A DNA stretch of 62,252 nt from Verrucomicrobiota bacterium (GTDB lineage: Bacteria > Verrucomicrobiota > Lentisphaeria > Lentisphaerales > Lentisphaeraceae): contig JBDKFG010000025.1 in assembly GCA_039798785.1 (NCBI GenBank), positions 2,776 through 65,027 of the forward strand, read 5' to 3'. The stretch's first letter is position 1. Each line of letters opens with the position of its first letter. Below are positions 45,740 through 54,756 of the stretch, piece after piece. A program made the position numbers and the translations under genes. Under the pieces are notes generated by a model. That model made no database searches. It was given only the letters and a program-made list of their open reading frames with translations, and was not told the DNA's origin.

Positions 45740-47626
45740 ATGAGAAAGTCCCTGATGAGCTTGATCAGCGTGCTCCCCCTCTGCCTCAATGCCGCCTCGA
45801 CCAGTTTCGACGAGGGCGCCAAGTTGGAGCAGAATCGCCTGCGCGCGGGTGGTTTTGATCTTCGCCTGGAAGGAGCGGGCGGCGAGCTCAGCGGCGGCCG
45901 CGAAGGGCTGGCGCTGCGCGCTCCCAGCGGCGAGGGCCGGGTGGAGATCCGCTGGCCCGCCGGCGCCGAGACCCTCGGCTTCGCGCTCAAGCGCTGGACC
46001 GGGCGCGCCCCTTTCGATTTGAAAGCGGTCTGGCTTGACGCCGCCGGGGCGGAAGCCGGCAAGGCCGAGATCGCGGCACCTGGGCTGAAGGAGTGGAGCG
46101 AGGTCAAGCTGAGCATTCCCCGGGGCGCCGCCGCCCTGCGCCTCGACTGCCGCTCCGACAAGGACGGCGGCTACCTCATCGACGATCTGCGCAGCGCCAA
46201 GGCCGGTCCGCTGAGTCTCGCGGCGATCCGCCTCGAGCAGCCGCAGATCCCGGTGCTGATCGCCAAGGACTGGAACCGCATCGCCGATCTCGAGCTCGAG
46301 CTTGAAGGCAGCGACGGCGCGCTCCACGTCGATCTCGAGCTCGCGGCCAGCGGCCCGCTCGCGGCCCTCGCCCTCGCCACCGCCGACGGCAAGATCCTGG
46401 CGGAAGCCCGGCTCGAGGGCGGCATCGCACGATTCAACGGCCTGAGTCCCGCAGCCGCGAAGTGGCGCGTCCTCGGGCGTCTGGCGGAGGGCGCCAAGCT
46501 CAGCGACCGCGTCGACGTCAGCGTCGTCAAGGCCGCCGCCGGCACCCCGGTGCCGGTCTGCGAGAACCAGCCGGGCCGGACCCTGCGCGTCGGCTACGCA
46601 CTCCGCCAGGGCGGCCAGGAAGGAGTGCACACCTACCGCATCCCCGGCCTCGCCACTGCCAAGGACGGCTCGATCGTCGCCGTCTACGACATCCGACACA
46701 AGCACGGCGGCGACCTGCCCGCCGACATCGATGTCGGCGTCCAGCGCTCCACCGACGGCGGCCTCACCTGGAGCCCGATGAAAGTGGCGATGGACATGGG
46801 CGAGCCCCAGCGGCAGAACGGCATCGGCGACCCCACCATCCTCGTCGACCCCGCCACCGGGCGCCTGTGGGTCGCGGCCCTGTGGAACCGCTTCCGCTAC
46901 GGCGCCGGCAAGGGCGGCCTGAAACCCGAGGAGACCGGCCAGTTCGTGCTGGTCAGCAGCGACGACCACGGCCGGACCTGGTCGAAGCCGGTCAACATCA
47001 CCGAGCAGGTGAAGAAGCCGGAATGGAAGATGTTCTTCCAAGGGCCGGGCATGGGCATCGCCATGAAGGATGGCACCCTGGTTTTCCCGGCGCAGAACGT
47101 CGACGCCAAGGGCACTCCGCACGCCATGCTGATCTACAGCAAGGACCACGGCCAGAAATGGACCTGCACCAGCGAAGCCGAACCCTCGACCACCGAGGCT
47201 CAGGTGGTCGAACTCAGCGACGGCTCGCTGATGCTCAACTCCCGCGACAACCGCGGCGGCGTCCGCACCGTCAAGACCACCCGCGACCTCGGCCTCACCT
47301 GGGAGAGCCACCCGACCCATCGCAAAGCCCTGATCGAACCGGTCTGCCAAGCCTCCATCATCCGCTTCGAACGCGCCGGCAAGAAACCCCTGCTGCTCTT
47401 CTCCAACCCCGACTCGAAGCGGGGGCGCCACCACATGACCATCAAATGGAGCGAGGACGACGGCATGACCTGGTCGGAAAAGAAGCTACTCCTCGACCAG
47501 CTCGGCTCCGCAGGCTACTCGTGCCTGACCCAGATCGACGAAAAGAGCGTCGGCATTCTCTACGAAGGCTCGCAAGCCCATCTCACTTACGAGAAAATCG
47601 ACCTCAAAGAGATCGCCGGGGACTGA
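45740..47626 (+). CDS. Exported exo-alpha-sialidase (GH33) with N-terminal accessory domains
   Basis: YRIP motif; five Asp-boxes (STDGGLTW, SDDHGRTW, SKDHGQKW, TRDLGLTW, SEDDGMTW); TTEAQ, GYS, LYE. Confidence 0.95.
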   Translation: MRKSLMSLISVLPLCLNAASTSFDEGAKLEQNRLRAGGFDLRLEGAGGELSGGREGLALRAPSGEGRVEIRWPAGAETLGFALKRWTGRAPFDLKAVWLDAAGAEAGKAEIAAPGLKEWSEVKLSIPRGAAALRLDCRSDKDGGYLIDDLRSAKAGPLSLAAIRLEQPQIPVLIAKDWNRIADLELELEGSDGALHVDLELAASGPLAALALATADGKILAEARLEGGIARFNGLSPAAAKWRVLGRLAEGAKLSDRVDVSVVKAAAGTPVPVCENQPGRTLRVGYALRQGGQEGVHTYRIPGLATAKDGSIVAVYDIRHKHGGDLPADIDVGVQRSTDGGLTWSPMKVAMDMGEPQRQNGIGDPTILVDPATGRLWVAALWNRFRYGAGKGGLKPEETGQFVLVSSDDHGRTWSKPVNITEQVKKPEWKMFFQGPGMGIAMKDGTLVFPAQNVDAKGTPHAMLIYSKDHGQKWTCTSEAEPSTTEAQVVELSDGSLMLNSRDNRGGVRTVKTTRDLGLTWESHPTHRKALIEPVCQASIIRFERAGKKPLLLFSNPDSKRGRHHMTIKWSEDDGMTWSEKKLLLDQLGSAGYSCLTQIDEKSVGILYEGSQAHLTYEKIDLKEIAGD

Positions 47627-47653
47627 TCATCCCTGTCATAAGCGCCTGAAACC

Positions 47654-47679
47654 GGAATAAAAACGGTCCATGTCGCGTT
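47654..47679 (+). promoter_or_regulatory. Candidate ECF-sigma promoter
   Basis: GGAAT-N18-GTT upstream of the redoxin gene. Confidence 0.4.
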
Positions 47680-47745
47680 GTTGCCCTAAGCCCTCACGGC
47701 TCAATTCCCTCCTCGACCCAGCACACCAGAACCCAGGACACCCGA

Positions 47746-48822
47746 ATGAAAGTCTTCTTCGCAGCCCTCTCTCTCGCCGTCGCCGGCCTCTCTGCCGTCG
47801 CCCAGGATGCCGCCCCCGCCGCCGCCGCCGCCGAAGGGCTGAAGGTCGGCTCCCCCGCCCCCGAAGTCAAGTTCGGCAAATTCTTCAAAGGCAGCGAAGT
47901 GAAGGCTCTCGCCGCCGACCAGAACTACATCATCGAATGCTGGGCCACCTGGTGCGGCCCCTGCGTCGCCGCTTTCCCCCACCTGAGCGAAATCGCCAAG
48001 GCCACCGCCGGCAAGGTCAACGTCATCGGCGTCGCCGTCTGGGAGCGCCAGAACGAAACCCAGCTTCAGAGCTTTGTCGACAAGCAGGGCTCGCGCATGG
48101 CCTACTCGGTCACCGTCGACGCCGACAACACCATTGCCGACAAGTGGCTGAAGGCCGCCGGCCAGAACGGCATTCCTTGCGCCTTCCTCGTCATCAAGGG
48201 CAAGATCGCCTGGATCGGCCACCCCGGCAGCCTCGAGGCCGAGACCGTCCTCGGCCTGGCCGAAGGCAAGCTCACTATTGAAGACGTCGCCCGCCTCGAG
48301 AAGGAAGCCGAGGCCCTCCAGCAGGAAGTCGCGGAGAAGGTCTTCTCGAAGGCCCGCGCCGGCGACATGAAGGGGGCCCTCGCCGCTTCAGAGGAAATGA
48401 TCAAGGCCAATCCCAAAGCCGCCAAGATGCTGAAAGGCCCGATGGAGCACTTCTCCTTCGCCGTCCTGGTGTCGGACAAGCCCGCCGAGGCGACCCAGAA
48501 GGTCCTCGCCATCACCGAAACCTCGGAATTCCTGCAGAAAGGCAACATGCTCGCCGGCATGGGCAAGCTCAGCGCCGATGACTGCTCCAAGCTCGACGCC
48601 TCAGCCGGCGATCGCTTCGCCAAGCTCGGCGCCGATGACAACCGCGACAAGGTCTTCTGCACCCTGTTCCGCGCCAACCTCCTCGGCAACCAGGGCAAGT
48701 TCGCCGAAGCCGCTGATATGATCGAGAAGGCCAAGCCCAGCCTCGATCCCCAGGCCGGCCAGTTCCTCGACCGCCAGATCGCCGGCTTCAAAGCCAAGAT
48801 CGCCGCCCCCGCCAAGAACTGA
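47746..48822 (+). CDS. Exported TlpA-like thiol:disulfide oxidoreductase with helical C-terminal extension
   Basis: Signal peptide, WATWCGPC, cis-Pro GIP, AWIGHP. Confidence 0.9.
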   Translation: MKVFFAALSLAVAGLSAVAQDAAPAAAAAEGLKVGSPAPEVKFGKFFKGSEVKALAADQNYIIECWATWCGPCVAAFPHLSEIAKATAGKVNVIGVAVWERQNETQLQSFVDKQGSRMAYSVTVDADNTIADKWLKAAGQNGIPCAFLVIKGKIAWIGHPGSLEAETVLGLAEGKLTIEDVARLEKEAEALQQEVAEKVFSKARAGDMKGALAASEEMIKANPKAAKMLKGPMEHFSFAVLVSDKPAEATQKVLAITETSEFLQKGNMLAGMGKLSADDCSKLDASAGDRFAKLGADDNRDKVFCTLFRANLLGNQGKFAEAADMIEKAKPSLDPQAGQFLDRQIAGFKAKIAAPAKN

Positions 48823-48843
48823 TCCACTTCCGATCAAGACCAT

Positions 48844-48876
48844 GACGGCGCCCCTCAAAGGGCGCCGTCCCTCTTT
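48844..48876 (+). terminator. Intrinsic terminator
   Basis: gacggcgccc-ctcaaa-gggcgccgtc followed by cctcttt. Confidence 0.6.
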
Positions 48877-49087
48877 GCTCCAGCCGCAAAAGCCCAGGAC
48901 GCTTCCTGCCGCCCGGAAGGCCGGCGGCAGCCTCACGCCCCCGGAACGCTCGATTGAGTGAGGGCGCCGGCCCGGACGCGAAGCCGCTTGCGGCGGCAAT
49001 TCCGCCGCAAGCCCGCCGGAAGAGCTTGCGGCGCCTGCTTGTTCCACTAAATTGCGCGCCGAATTCAAACCCCCGAGGACCCGCCCC

Positions 49088-50710
49088 ATGATCGCCGTCT
49101 CCAACCTGTCGATGCGCTTCGGCAAGAAGATCCTGTTCGAAAACGTCAGCAACAAATTCGTCACCGGCTGCCGCTACGGCCTGATCGGCGCCAACGGCGT
49201 CGGCAAGTCGACCTTCATGAAAATCCTGGCCGGCAAGCTCGAGCAGAGCAGCGGCGCCGTCTCCATCGACAAGGACTGCACGCTCGGCTACCTCCGCCAG
49301 GACCACTACGCCTTTGACGAGTTCACCGTGCTCGACACCGTCTACCAGGGCAACGAGCGCCTGTGGAAGGTCCACACCGAGCGTGAGATCCTCTACAGCA
49401 AGACCGAGGACGGCAGCATCACCGATGCCGAATCGGACCGCCTCGGCGACCTCGAAGAGCAGTTCGGCGAGCTTGGCGGCTACGAGATGGAGGCCGAGGC
49501 GGTGAAGATGCTCAAAGGCCTGAACATCCCCGACGAGTGGCAGTCCCTCAAGATGAGCCAGCTCACCGGCGGCTGGAAGGTGCGCATCCTCCTCGCCCAG
49601 GTCCTCTTCGCCAACCCCCACATCCTGCTCCTCGACGAACCGACCAACCACCTCGACATGGAAACCATCGAGTGGCTGGTCAACTTCCTCAAGCGCCATG
49701 AGGGCACGGTGATCGTCATCTCGCACGACCGCTACTTCCTCAACGCCGCCTGCTCCCACATCGCCGACCTCGACTACGGCGAGCTCCGCATGTTCACCGG
49801 CAACTACGACGACTTCATGACCGCCAACGCCATCATGCTCGAACAGCAGGCCAAGGACAACGAGCGCAAGGAGAAGCGCGCCGACGAACTGAAGGACTTC
49901 ATCGCCCGCTTCGGCGCCAACGCCTCCAAGGCCAAGCAGGCCACCTCGCGCCAGAAGGAGCTCGAGAAGCTCACCATCGAGAAGTTCAAGCCCTCCTCCC
50001 GTGTCGCCCCCTACATCCGCTTCGTCCCCCTCACCAAGCTCGGAGACAAGGTGGTATCGGCGGAAAATCTCAGCAAGGCCTACCCGCCCGCCAAGCCGCT
50101 CTTCAAGAACTTCAACATCCACATCAGCCCCGGCGACCGCATCGCCATCATCGGCTCCAACGGCATCGGCAAGACCACCCTGCTCAAGACCCTCACCGGC
50201 CTGCTCGCACCCGACACCGGCAAGATCGAACTGGGCGATACCGTCCGCCTCTCCTACTTCCCCCAGGACAGCTCGGAAGTGATCGACAAGCCGGAGATGC
50301 GGGCCATCGACTGGCTCGGCCAGTTCGCCCCGCCTGAAGGCATGACCGAGACAGCCCTCCGCGGCGCCCTCGGCAAGATGCTCTTCTCCGGCGAAGACCA
50401 GTTCAAGCCCCTCAAGGTCCTCTCCGGTGGCGAAAAGGCCCGCATGATCGTCGCCAAGATGCTCCTCGAAGGCGGCAACTTCCTCGTCCTCGACGAACCC
50501 ACCAACCACCTCGACCTGGAATCCATCGAGGCCCTCAACGAGGCACTCACCCAGGTCAAGGAGCCGATGATCTTCGTCTCCCACGACCGCCTCTTCGTCA
50601 ACTCCCTCGCCACCCGCATCCTCGAGATCACCCCCGACGGCGTCCTCGACTATCCCGGCAACTACGACGAGTTTGAAGACTGGAAGAAGCGCAACGTCAA
50701 GAAGAAATAA
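49088..50710 (+). CDS. ybiT: ABC-F family ATPase (YbiT-like)
   Basis: Two NBDs (GANGVGKST, GSNGIGKT), LLDEPTNHLD x2, SHDR x2, no TM; KAKQATSR linker. Confidence 0.88.
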   Translation: MIAVSNLSMRFGKKILFENVSNKFVTGCRYGLIGANGVGKSTFMKILAGKLEQSSGAVSIDKDCTLGYLRQDHYAFDEFTVLDTVYQGNERLWKVHTEREILYSKTEDGSITDAESDRLGDLEEQFGELGGYEMEAEAVKMLKGLNIPDEWQSLKMSQLTGGWKVRILLAQVLFANPHILLLDEPTNHLDMETIEWLVNFLKRHEGTVIVISHDRYFLNAACSHIADLDYGELRMFTGNYDDFMTANAIMLEQQAKDNERKEKRADELKDFIARFGANASKAKQATSRQKELEKLTIEKFKPSSRVAPYIRFVPLTKLGDKVVSAENLSKAYPPAKPLFKNFNIHISPGDRIAIIGSNGIGKTTLLKTLTGLLAPDTGKIELGDTVRLSYFPQDSSEVIDKPEMRAIDWLGQFAPPEGMTETALRGALGKMLFSGEDQFKPLKVLSGGEKARMIVAKMLLEGGNFLVLDEPTNHLDLESIEALNEALTQVKEPMIFVSHDRLFVNSLATRILEITPDGVLDYPGNYDEFEDWKKRNVKKK

Positions 50711-50713
50711 GCC

Positions 50714-51457
50714 GTGCAGGAGGAAGTCCAGCTGGATGCCGCAGGCCGCAGCCGCTTCCTGCTGAGCACTGCCAGCGCTTTTGCCTGTTTTTCAGTGTTC
50801 GTCCTCGCCTCCCCGTGGATCTCGGCACTGGCTTTTGTCATTCTTGATCAAGTCCCGTCCTGCCGCGACCAGGCCCCCTGGATCGCTGCCTCATGCGCTG
50901 CCTTGGGAGCTCAGATCCTCGCGCTTGCGCTAGGCATTGCCTTTCTCCATATGCTGAAGCTCCCTTGGATTCGCACCACAGTCCCGTCAAAGTCCTGCAT
51001 CCGTCAGGTCCTCTATGCCTACTTGATCATGCTGGGAGCCCTCCTCCTGCAACTGCTTTCGACCGCCTTCTGCAAACAGGTGCTGGGCCTCGAACAGACT
51101 GAGCAACATGCCATCCAGCAGTTCACCCAATGTCAAATCCTGGCTCCTCTCGCCATCCCGATCTTCGTCCTGGTCGCCACTGTCGGCGCCCCGCTAATGG
51201 AGGAAGTCATTTTCCGCGGCCTCCTCTACAGCGGCCTGCGCCACCAGATGAACTGGCTCCCTGCGGCATTGGTCTCCGCCGCGATTTTTGCCGTGATCCA
51301 TTTCGATCCTTGGCAGTTCCTCGGCCTCTTCGGCCTCGGCTTCGCTTTCGCCTTTGTCCGCGAAAAGACCGGCTCGCTTCTCTTGGCCATGTTCCTGCAC
51401 GCCAGCAACAACATCTTCACCGTGAGCATCATGCTCCTGCTGCAGGAACGCAACTGA
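50714..51457 (+). CDS. CPBP (CAAX/Abi) intramembrane metalloprotease
   Basis: P.MEEVIFRG, FAVIH, HASNN; multiple TM helices. Confidence 0.9.
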   Translation: MQEEVQLDAAGRSRFLLSTASAFACFSVFVLASPWISALAFVILDQVPSCRDQAPWIAASCAALGAQILALALGIAFLHMLKLPWIRTTVPSKSCIRQVLYAYLIMLGALLLQLLSTAFCKQVLGLEQTEQHAIQQFTQCQILAPLAIPIFVLVATVGAPLMEEVIFRGLLYSGLRHQMNWLPAALVSAAIFAVIHFDPWQFLGLFGLGFAFAFVREKTGSLLLAMFLHASNNIFTVSIMLLLQERN

Positions 51458-51458
51458 C

Positions 51459-52109
51459 ATGGCCGCGCCCTCCCAGAAGAAGCTCAAGGCCGAGGCGATC
51501 CGCCTCATCCTCGAAGAAAAACACCCACAGGTGCCGATCCCTCTCGATCACAAGGATCCCTACACCCTGCTGATCGCCGTCCTCCTCTCGGCCCAATGCA
51601 CCGACGCCCGGGTCAACACCATCACCCCCAAGCTCTTCGCCCTCGCCGACGCCCCCGAGAAGATGGCGGGGATCCCGGTCGAGACCATTCGCGACATCAT
51701 CCGCCCCTGCGGCCTGTCGCCGCGCAAGTCGGAGGCGATCTCGCAGCTGTCGCAGATCCTCGTCGAGCGCCACGACGGCCGGGTGCCGCAGGACTTCGAA
51801 GCTCTGGAGGAGCTGCCCGGCGTCGGCCACAAGACCGCCTCGGTGGTGATGGCCCAGGCCTTCGGCGTTCCGGCCTTCGCCGTCGACACCCACATCCACC
51901 GCCTCGCCTGGCGCTGGGGGCTTTCCGACGGCTCCAGCGTCGAACGCACTGAGGGCGACCTCAAGGCCCTCTACGCCCCCGCGCACTGGAACAAGCTGCA
52001 CCTGCAGATCATCTACTTCGGCCGGGCTTATTGCCCCGCCCGCGGGCACGATCCGCTGGCCTGCCCCGTCTGCTCGCTCTACGGCCGCAAGAATCTGGAG
52101 AAAAGCTGA
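51459..52109 (+). CDS. nth: Endonuclease III
   Basis: LLSAQCTD..VN, HhH motif LPGVGHKTA, AVDTHIHR. Confidence 0.94.
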   Translation: MAAPSQKKLKAEAIRLILEEKHPQVPIPLDHKDPYTLLIAVLLSAQCTDARVNTITPKLFALADAPEKMAGIPVETIRDIIRPCGLSPRKSEAISQLSQILVERHDGRVPQDFEALEELPGVGHKTASVVMAQAFGVPAFAVDTHIHRLAWRWGLSDGSSVERTEGDLKALYAPAHWNKLHLQIIYFGRAYCPARGHDPLACPVCSLYGRKNLEKS

Positions 52110-52345
52110 TGCACTCCTGGCTTCTCGAAACCCTCGGCATCGGCGCCATGCTGCTCATCCTCTTCGCATATGCCGGATTGTCCAGCGGCAAGCTCGACGC
52201 GAAGAGCCGCCTATATCATTCCCTCAATCTCGTCGGCGCCCTGATCTTCGTCTTCTACCTCAGCCAGAAGCAGGCCTGGCCCTCAGTCGCCCTCAACGCC
52301 GTCTGGGCCGCCATCGCCCTGCTCTCGCTGCTGCGGAAGCCCTGA
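52109..52345 (+). CDS. CBU_0592-like small membrane protein
   Basis: LIL.AY...S.G......Y..LNLVG......AWPS..LN..W; TGATG coupling. Confidence 0.8.
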   Translation: MHSWLLETLGIGAMLLILFAYAGLSSGKLDAKSRLYHSLNLVGALIFVFYLSQKQAWPSVALNAVWAAIALLSLLRKP

Positions 52346-52406
52346 TTCAAATTCCAGCATTGCCAAGACGGCGGAGCGGCAGCATCTTGAAGCAGGAGAC
52401 GTTTCC

Positions 52407-52979
52407 ATGAACATCCTGCTCTTCCTCCTCGCTTGCCAGCCAGCGCCCCTGCCGGAGCTGCCTCCCTTCGCGGAACCGCCGCCCCTGCGTCTCGACACGG
52501 CCTGGACCGACGCCCCGCCGCCGCTCCTGTCGCAACAGCTGGAAATGCGCGCACGTCTCAGTCTCGCTCCAGGACCGGCTGACGGCACGCCGGCCACTAG
52601 TCTCCCCATCTATGACCACGATCAGATGATGGCCGACGCCGCACTCGGCCTCCCCGAAGCGCTCTGGCCCGCCGGCAGACGTGAAGCCTTCGCCGCCCGC
52701 CAAAAGCAATATGGCGGCTGGATCCGGGTCGGCGCCGCCGCAGGATCAGGCGGCTACAGCTCCTTCGGCCAGGAAGTCGGCTACTGGGGCTGGATGGACG
52801 ACGAACGATCCACCCGCTGGGCTGCCTGGACCGGCCACTCCGATTGGAACGGCCGCACATGCGGCGGCCGCAGGATCCAGGGTCATAGCGAATGGGTCGG
52901 CGTCGGCATGGAGTGGCACCCCAGCGACGACAGCACCCTCAGCATCGGCGCCCAAGGCACCGTCAACAATCCACGCTAG
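52407..52979 (+). CDS. Hypothetical exported protein (Trp/Gly-rich, beta-strand-like C-terminus)
   Basis: AGGAG RBS, short hydrophobic N-terminus. Confidence 0.6.
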   Translation: MNILLFLLACQPAPLPELPPFAEPPPLRLDTAWTDAPPPLLSQQLEMRARLSLAPGPADGTPATSLPIYDHDQMMADAALGLPEALWPAGRREAFAARQKQYGGWIRVGAAAGSGGYSSFGQEVGYWGWMDDERSTRWAAWTGHSDWNGRTCGGRRIQGHSEWVGVGMEWHPSDDSTLSIGAQGTVNNPR

Positions 52980-52988
52980 GAGAGCACG

Positions 52989-53891
52989 ATGAAGATCAGA
53001 TTCTGGGGCGTCCGGGGCTCGATCGCGGCGCCCGGCCCCGACACCGCAGCCTACGGCGGCAACACCTCGTGCTACGAAGTCCGCAACGCCGCCGGAGACC
53101 TGGCGATTCTCGATGCCGGCACCGGCATCCGCGCCTTCGGCCTGTCTCTTCTCGGCAAGGGGGCCGTCAAAGCCTCGATCCTGATCAGTCACACCCACTG
53201 GGATCACATTCAGGGATTTCCGTTCTTCATCCCCGCCTTCATCCCAGGCAACCAGCTCGCACTCTACGCCCCGGTGCAATTCGAAAAGACCCTGCAGCAG
53301 ATCATCGCCCAGCAGATGGATTACTCGGTCTTCCCGGTCCGCAGCGCCGAGCTCCTCGCCGACATCCGCTACCACAATCTCCCCGAAGGCCCCTTCGACA
53401 TTCCAGGCTTCGCCGGTTTCGCTAAATTCGTCTGCCACCCGGTGACCACCGCCGGCTACCGCCTCCAAGCTGACGGCAAATCCGTCGTCTACACCGGCGA
53501 CCACGAACGCTTCTTCGATCAGGTCCACAAAAATCTGCCGCCAGAGGACATCGACCCCGACGAACAGGCAGCGGTGGCGGCGATGGTCGACATGCAGAAC
53601 GCTCAGATGGCACGCTTTTGCAAGGATGCCGATCTCCTGATCGCCGACTCGATGTATCTCGACAAGGAATACCCTAGCAAGGCCGGATGGGGACACTCCA
53701 CCGTCGAGATGAACGTCCAACTCGCCATCGAAGCCGGTGTCCGCCATCTCGTCCTCAGCCATCACGACCCGCTGCGCAAGGATGCCGATCTCGACGCTAT
53801 CGCCACCTACGCCCGGCAGCTCCTCGACGAGTCCGGCGGCAAGGCCATCACCCTCAGCGTCGCCCGTGAAGGCCTGGTGATTGAGCTTTGA
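52989..53891 (+). CDS. MBL-fold metallo-hydrolase
   Basis: FWGVRGS, YGGNTSC, DAGTG, SHTHWDH, YTGDHE, GWGHS, HHDP. Confidence 0.93.
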   Translation: MKIRFWGVRGSIAAPGPDTAAYGGNTSCYEVRNAAGDLAILDAGTGIRAFGLSLLGKGAVKASILISHTHWDHIQGFPFFIPAFIPGNQLALYAPVQFEKTLQQIIAQQMDYSVFPVRSAELLADIRYHNLPEGPFDIPGFAGFAKFVCHPVTTAGYRLQADGKSVVYTGDHERFFDQVHKNLPPEDIDPDEQAAVAAMVDMQNAQMARFCKDADLLIADSMYLDKEYPSKAGWGHSTVEMNVQLAIEAGVRHLVLSHHDPLRKDADLDAIATYARQLLDESGGKAITLSVAREGLVIEL

Positions 53892-53950
53892 GCGAGCTCC
53901 CATAGCGCGCTAAAGAAAAAAGCCAGATCTGTCTCACTCGAATTTCAGAA

Positions 53951-54598
53951 TCACAGCTCAGGGAAGGGAGTGAGTGCTTTCCTGATCTGACCACAAAGAC
54001 GCTCCGCCCGGGCAATGTCGGAGAGGGGGCGCTCCGTCGTGGCGAGCTGAAGGACGATGTCACCGCTACCGGCACCGTCGACATCTTCACTGCGGCAGCT
54101 CTTGATCGCCGACCAGGAAATGAACTCAGATTTCGGCGACAAGTAGCCTTCTGTCAGACGAAGCCCCGTCCTCTCGATCCGATAAGACCAAGATGAAGAA
54201 CGCCAGTGGACGATCCAGATAAAAATCCCGTAAAAGAAACAGACGAAAAAAGGAAAGAGGTTGGTGCAGACCCAGATGCCAACTATGCAGACCACCAGAG
54301 CTAACCCCTTGTTTTCCCGAAGCCAGGAGACTGGAGGCGTTTGTGAAATCAGGCAGAGCATGAGAAAAATCGAGGCCAGGCAGAAGCTGTCGAAGCCAAT
54401 TGAAAAAAGATTACCGCTTTGGAGATCGCCGATCCGCCATTGGATCGAGCTCATCAACTTTTTTACCAGATCAGGAAAATAAAGCCACAATCCCGACAGG
54501 CATAAAGCAGAGACGCACACTCGCCACAGCTTTTGCCACAGACTCCAAGGCGCTCGCCGAAATTCGACAGCCTCTTGATTCTCTTGATTATGGTTCAT
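53951..54598 (-). CDS. Hypothetical membrane protein with C-terminal bacterial PH-like domain
   Basis: 3-4 TM helices, then Y.I....L....G.L......I....I......G.GDI pattern; lower GC. Confidence 0.6.
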   Translation of the reverse strand: MNHNQENQEAVEFRRAPWSLWQKLWRVCVSALCLSGLWLYFPDLVKKLMSSIQWRIGDLQSGNLFSIGFDSFCLASIFLMLCLISQTPPVSWLRENKGLALVVCIVGIWVCTNLFPFFVCFFYGIFIWIVHWRSSSWSYRIERTGLRLTEGYLSPKSEFISWSAIKSCRSEDVDGAGSGDIVLQLATTERPLSDIARAERLCGQIRKALTPFPEL

Positions 54599-54684
54599 TG
54601 AAAAGCCCCATTTGTTTCTTGATGGCTCAGCATAATGCCGATGAAGAGCGATTGCAAGAAACTCCCGATCGGAACCAGCCGCGG

Positions 54685-54741
54685 CAGGACTTCATTGACG
54701 CCATGGACCGCATTGACGCCCATCGCGTCAATGAGGTCCAT
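54685..54741. repeat. 9-bp-periodic head-to-head repeat array
   Basis: caggac/attgac/atggac/attgac at 54685, 54694, 54703, 54712, then gcccat/gtcaat/gtccat at 54718, 54727, 54736. Confidence 0.75.
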
Positions 54742-54756
54742 GAGCTCAGCTCGTGC

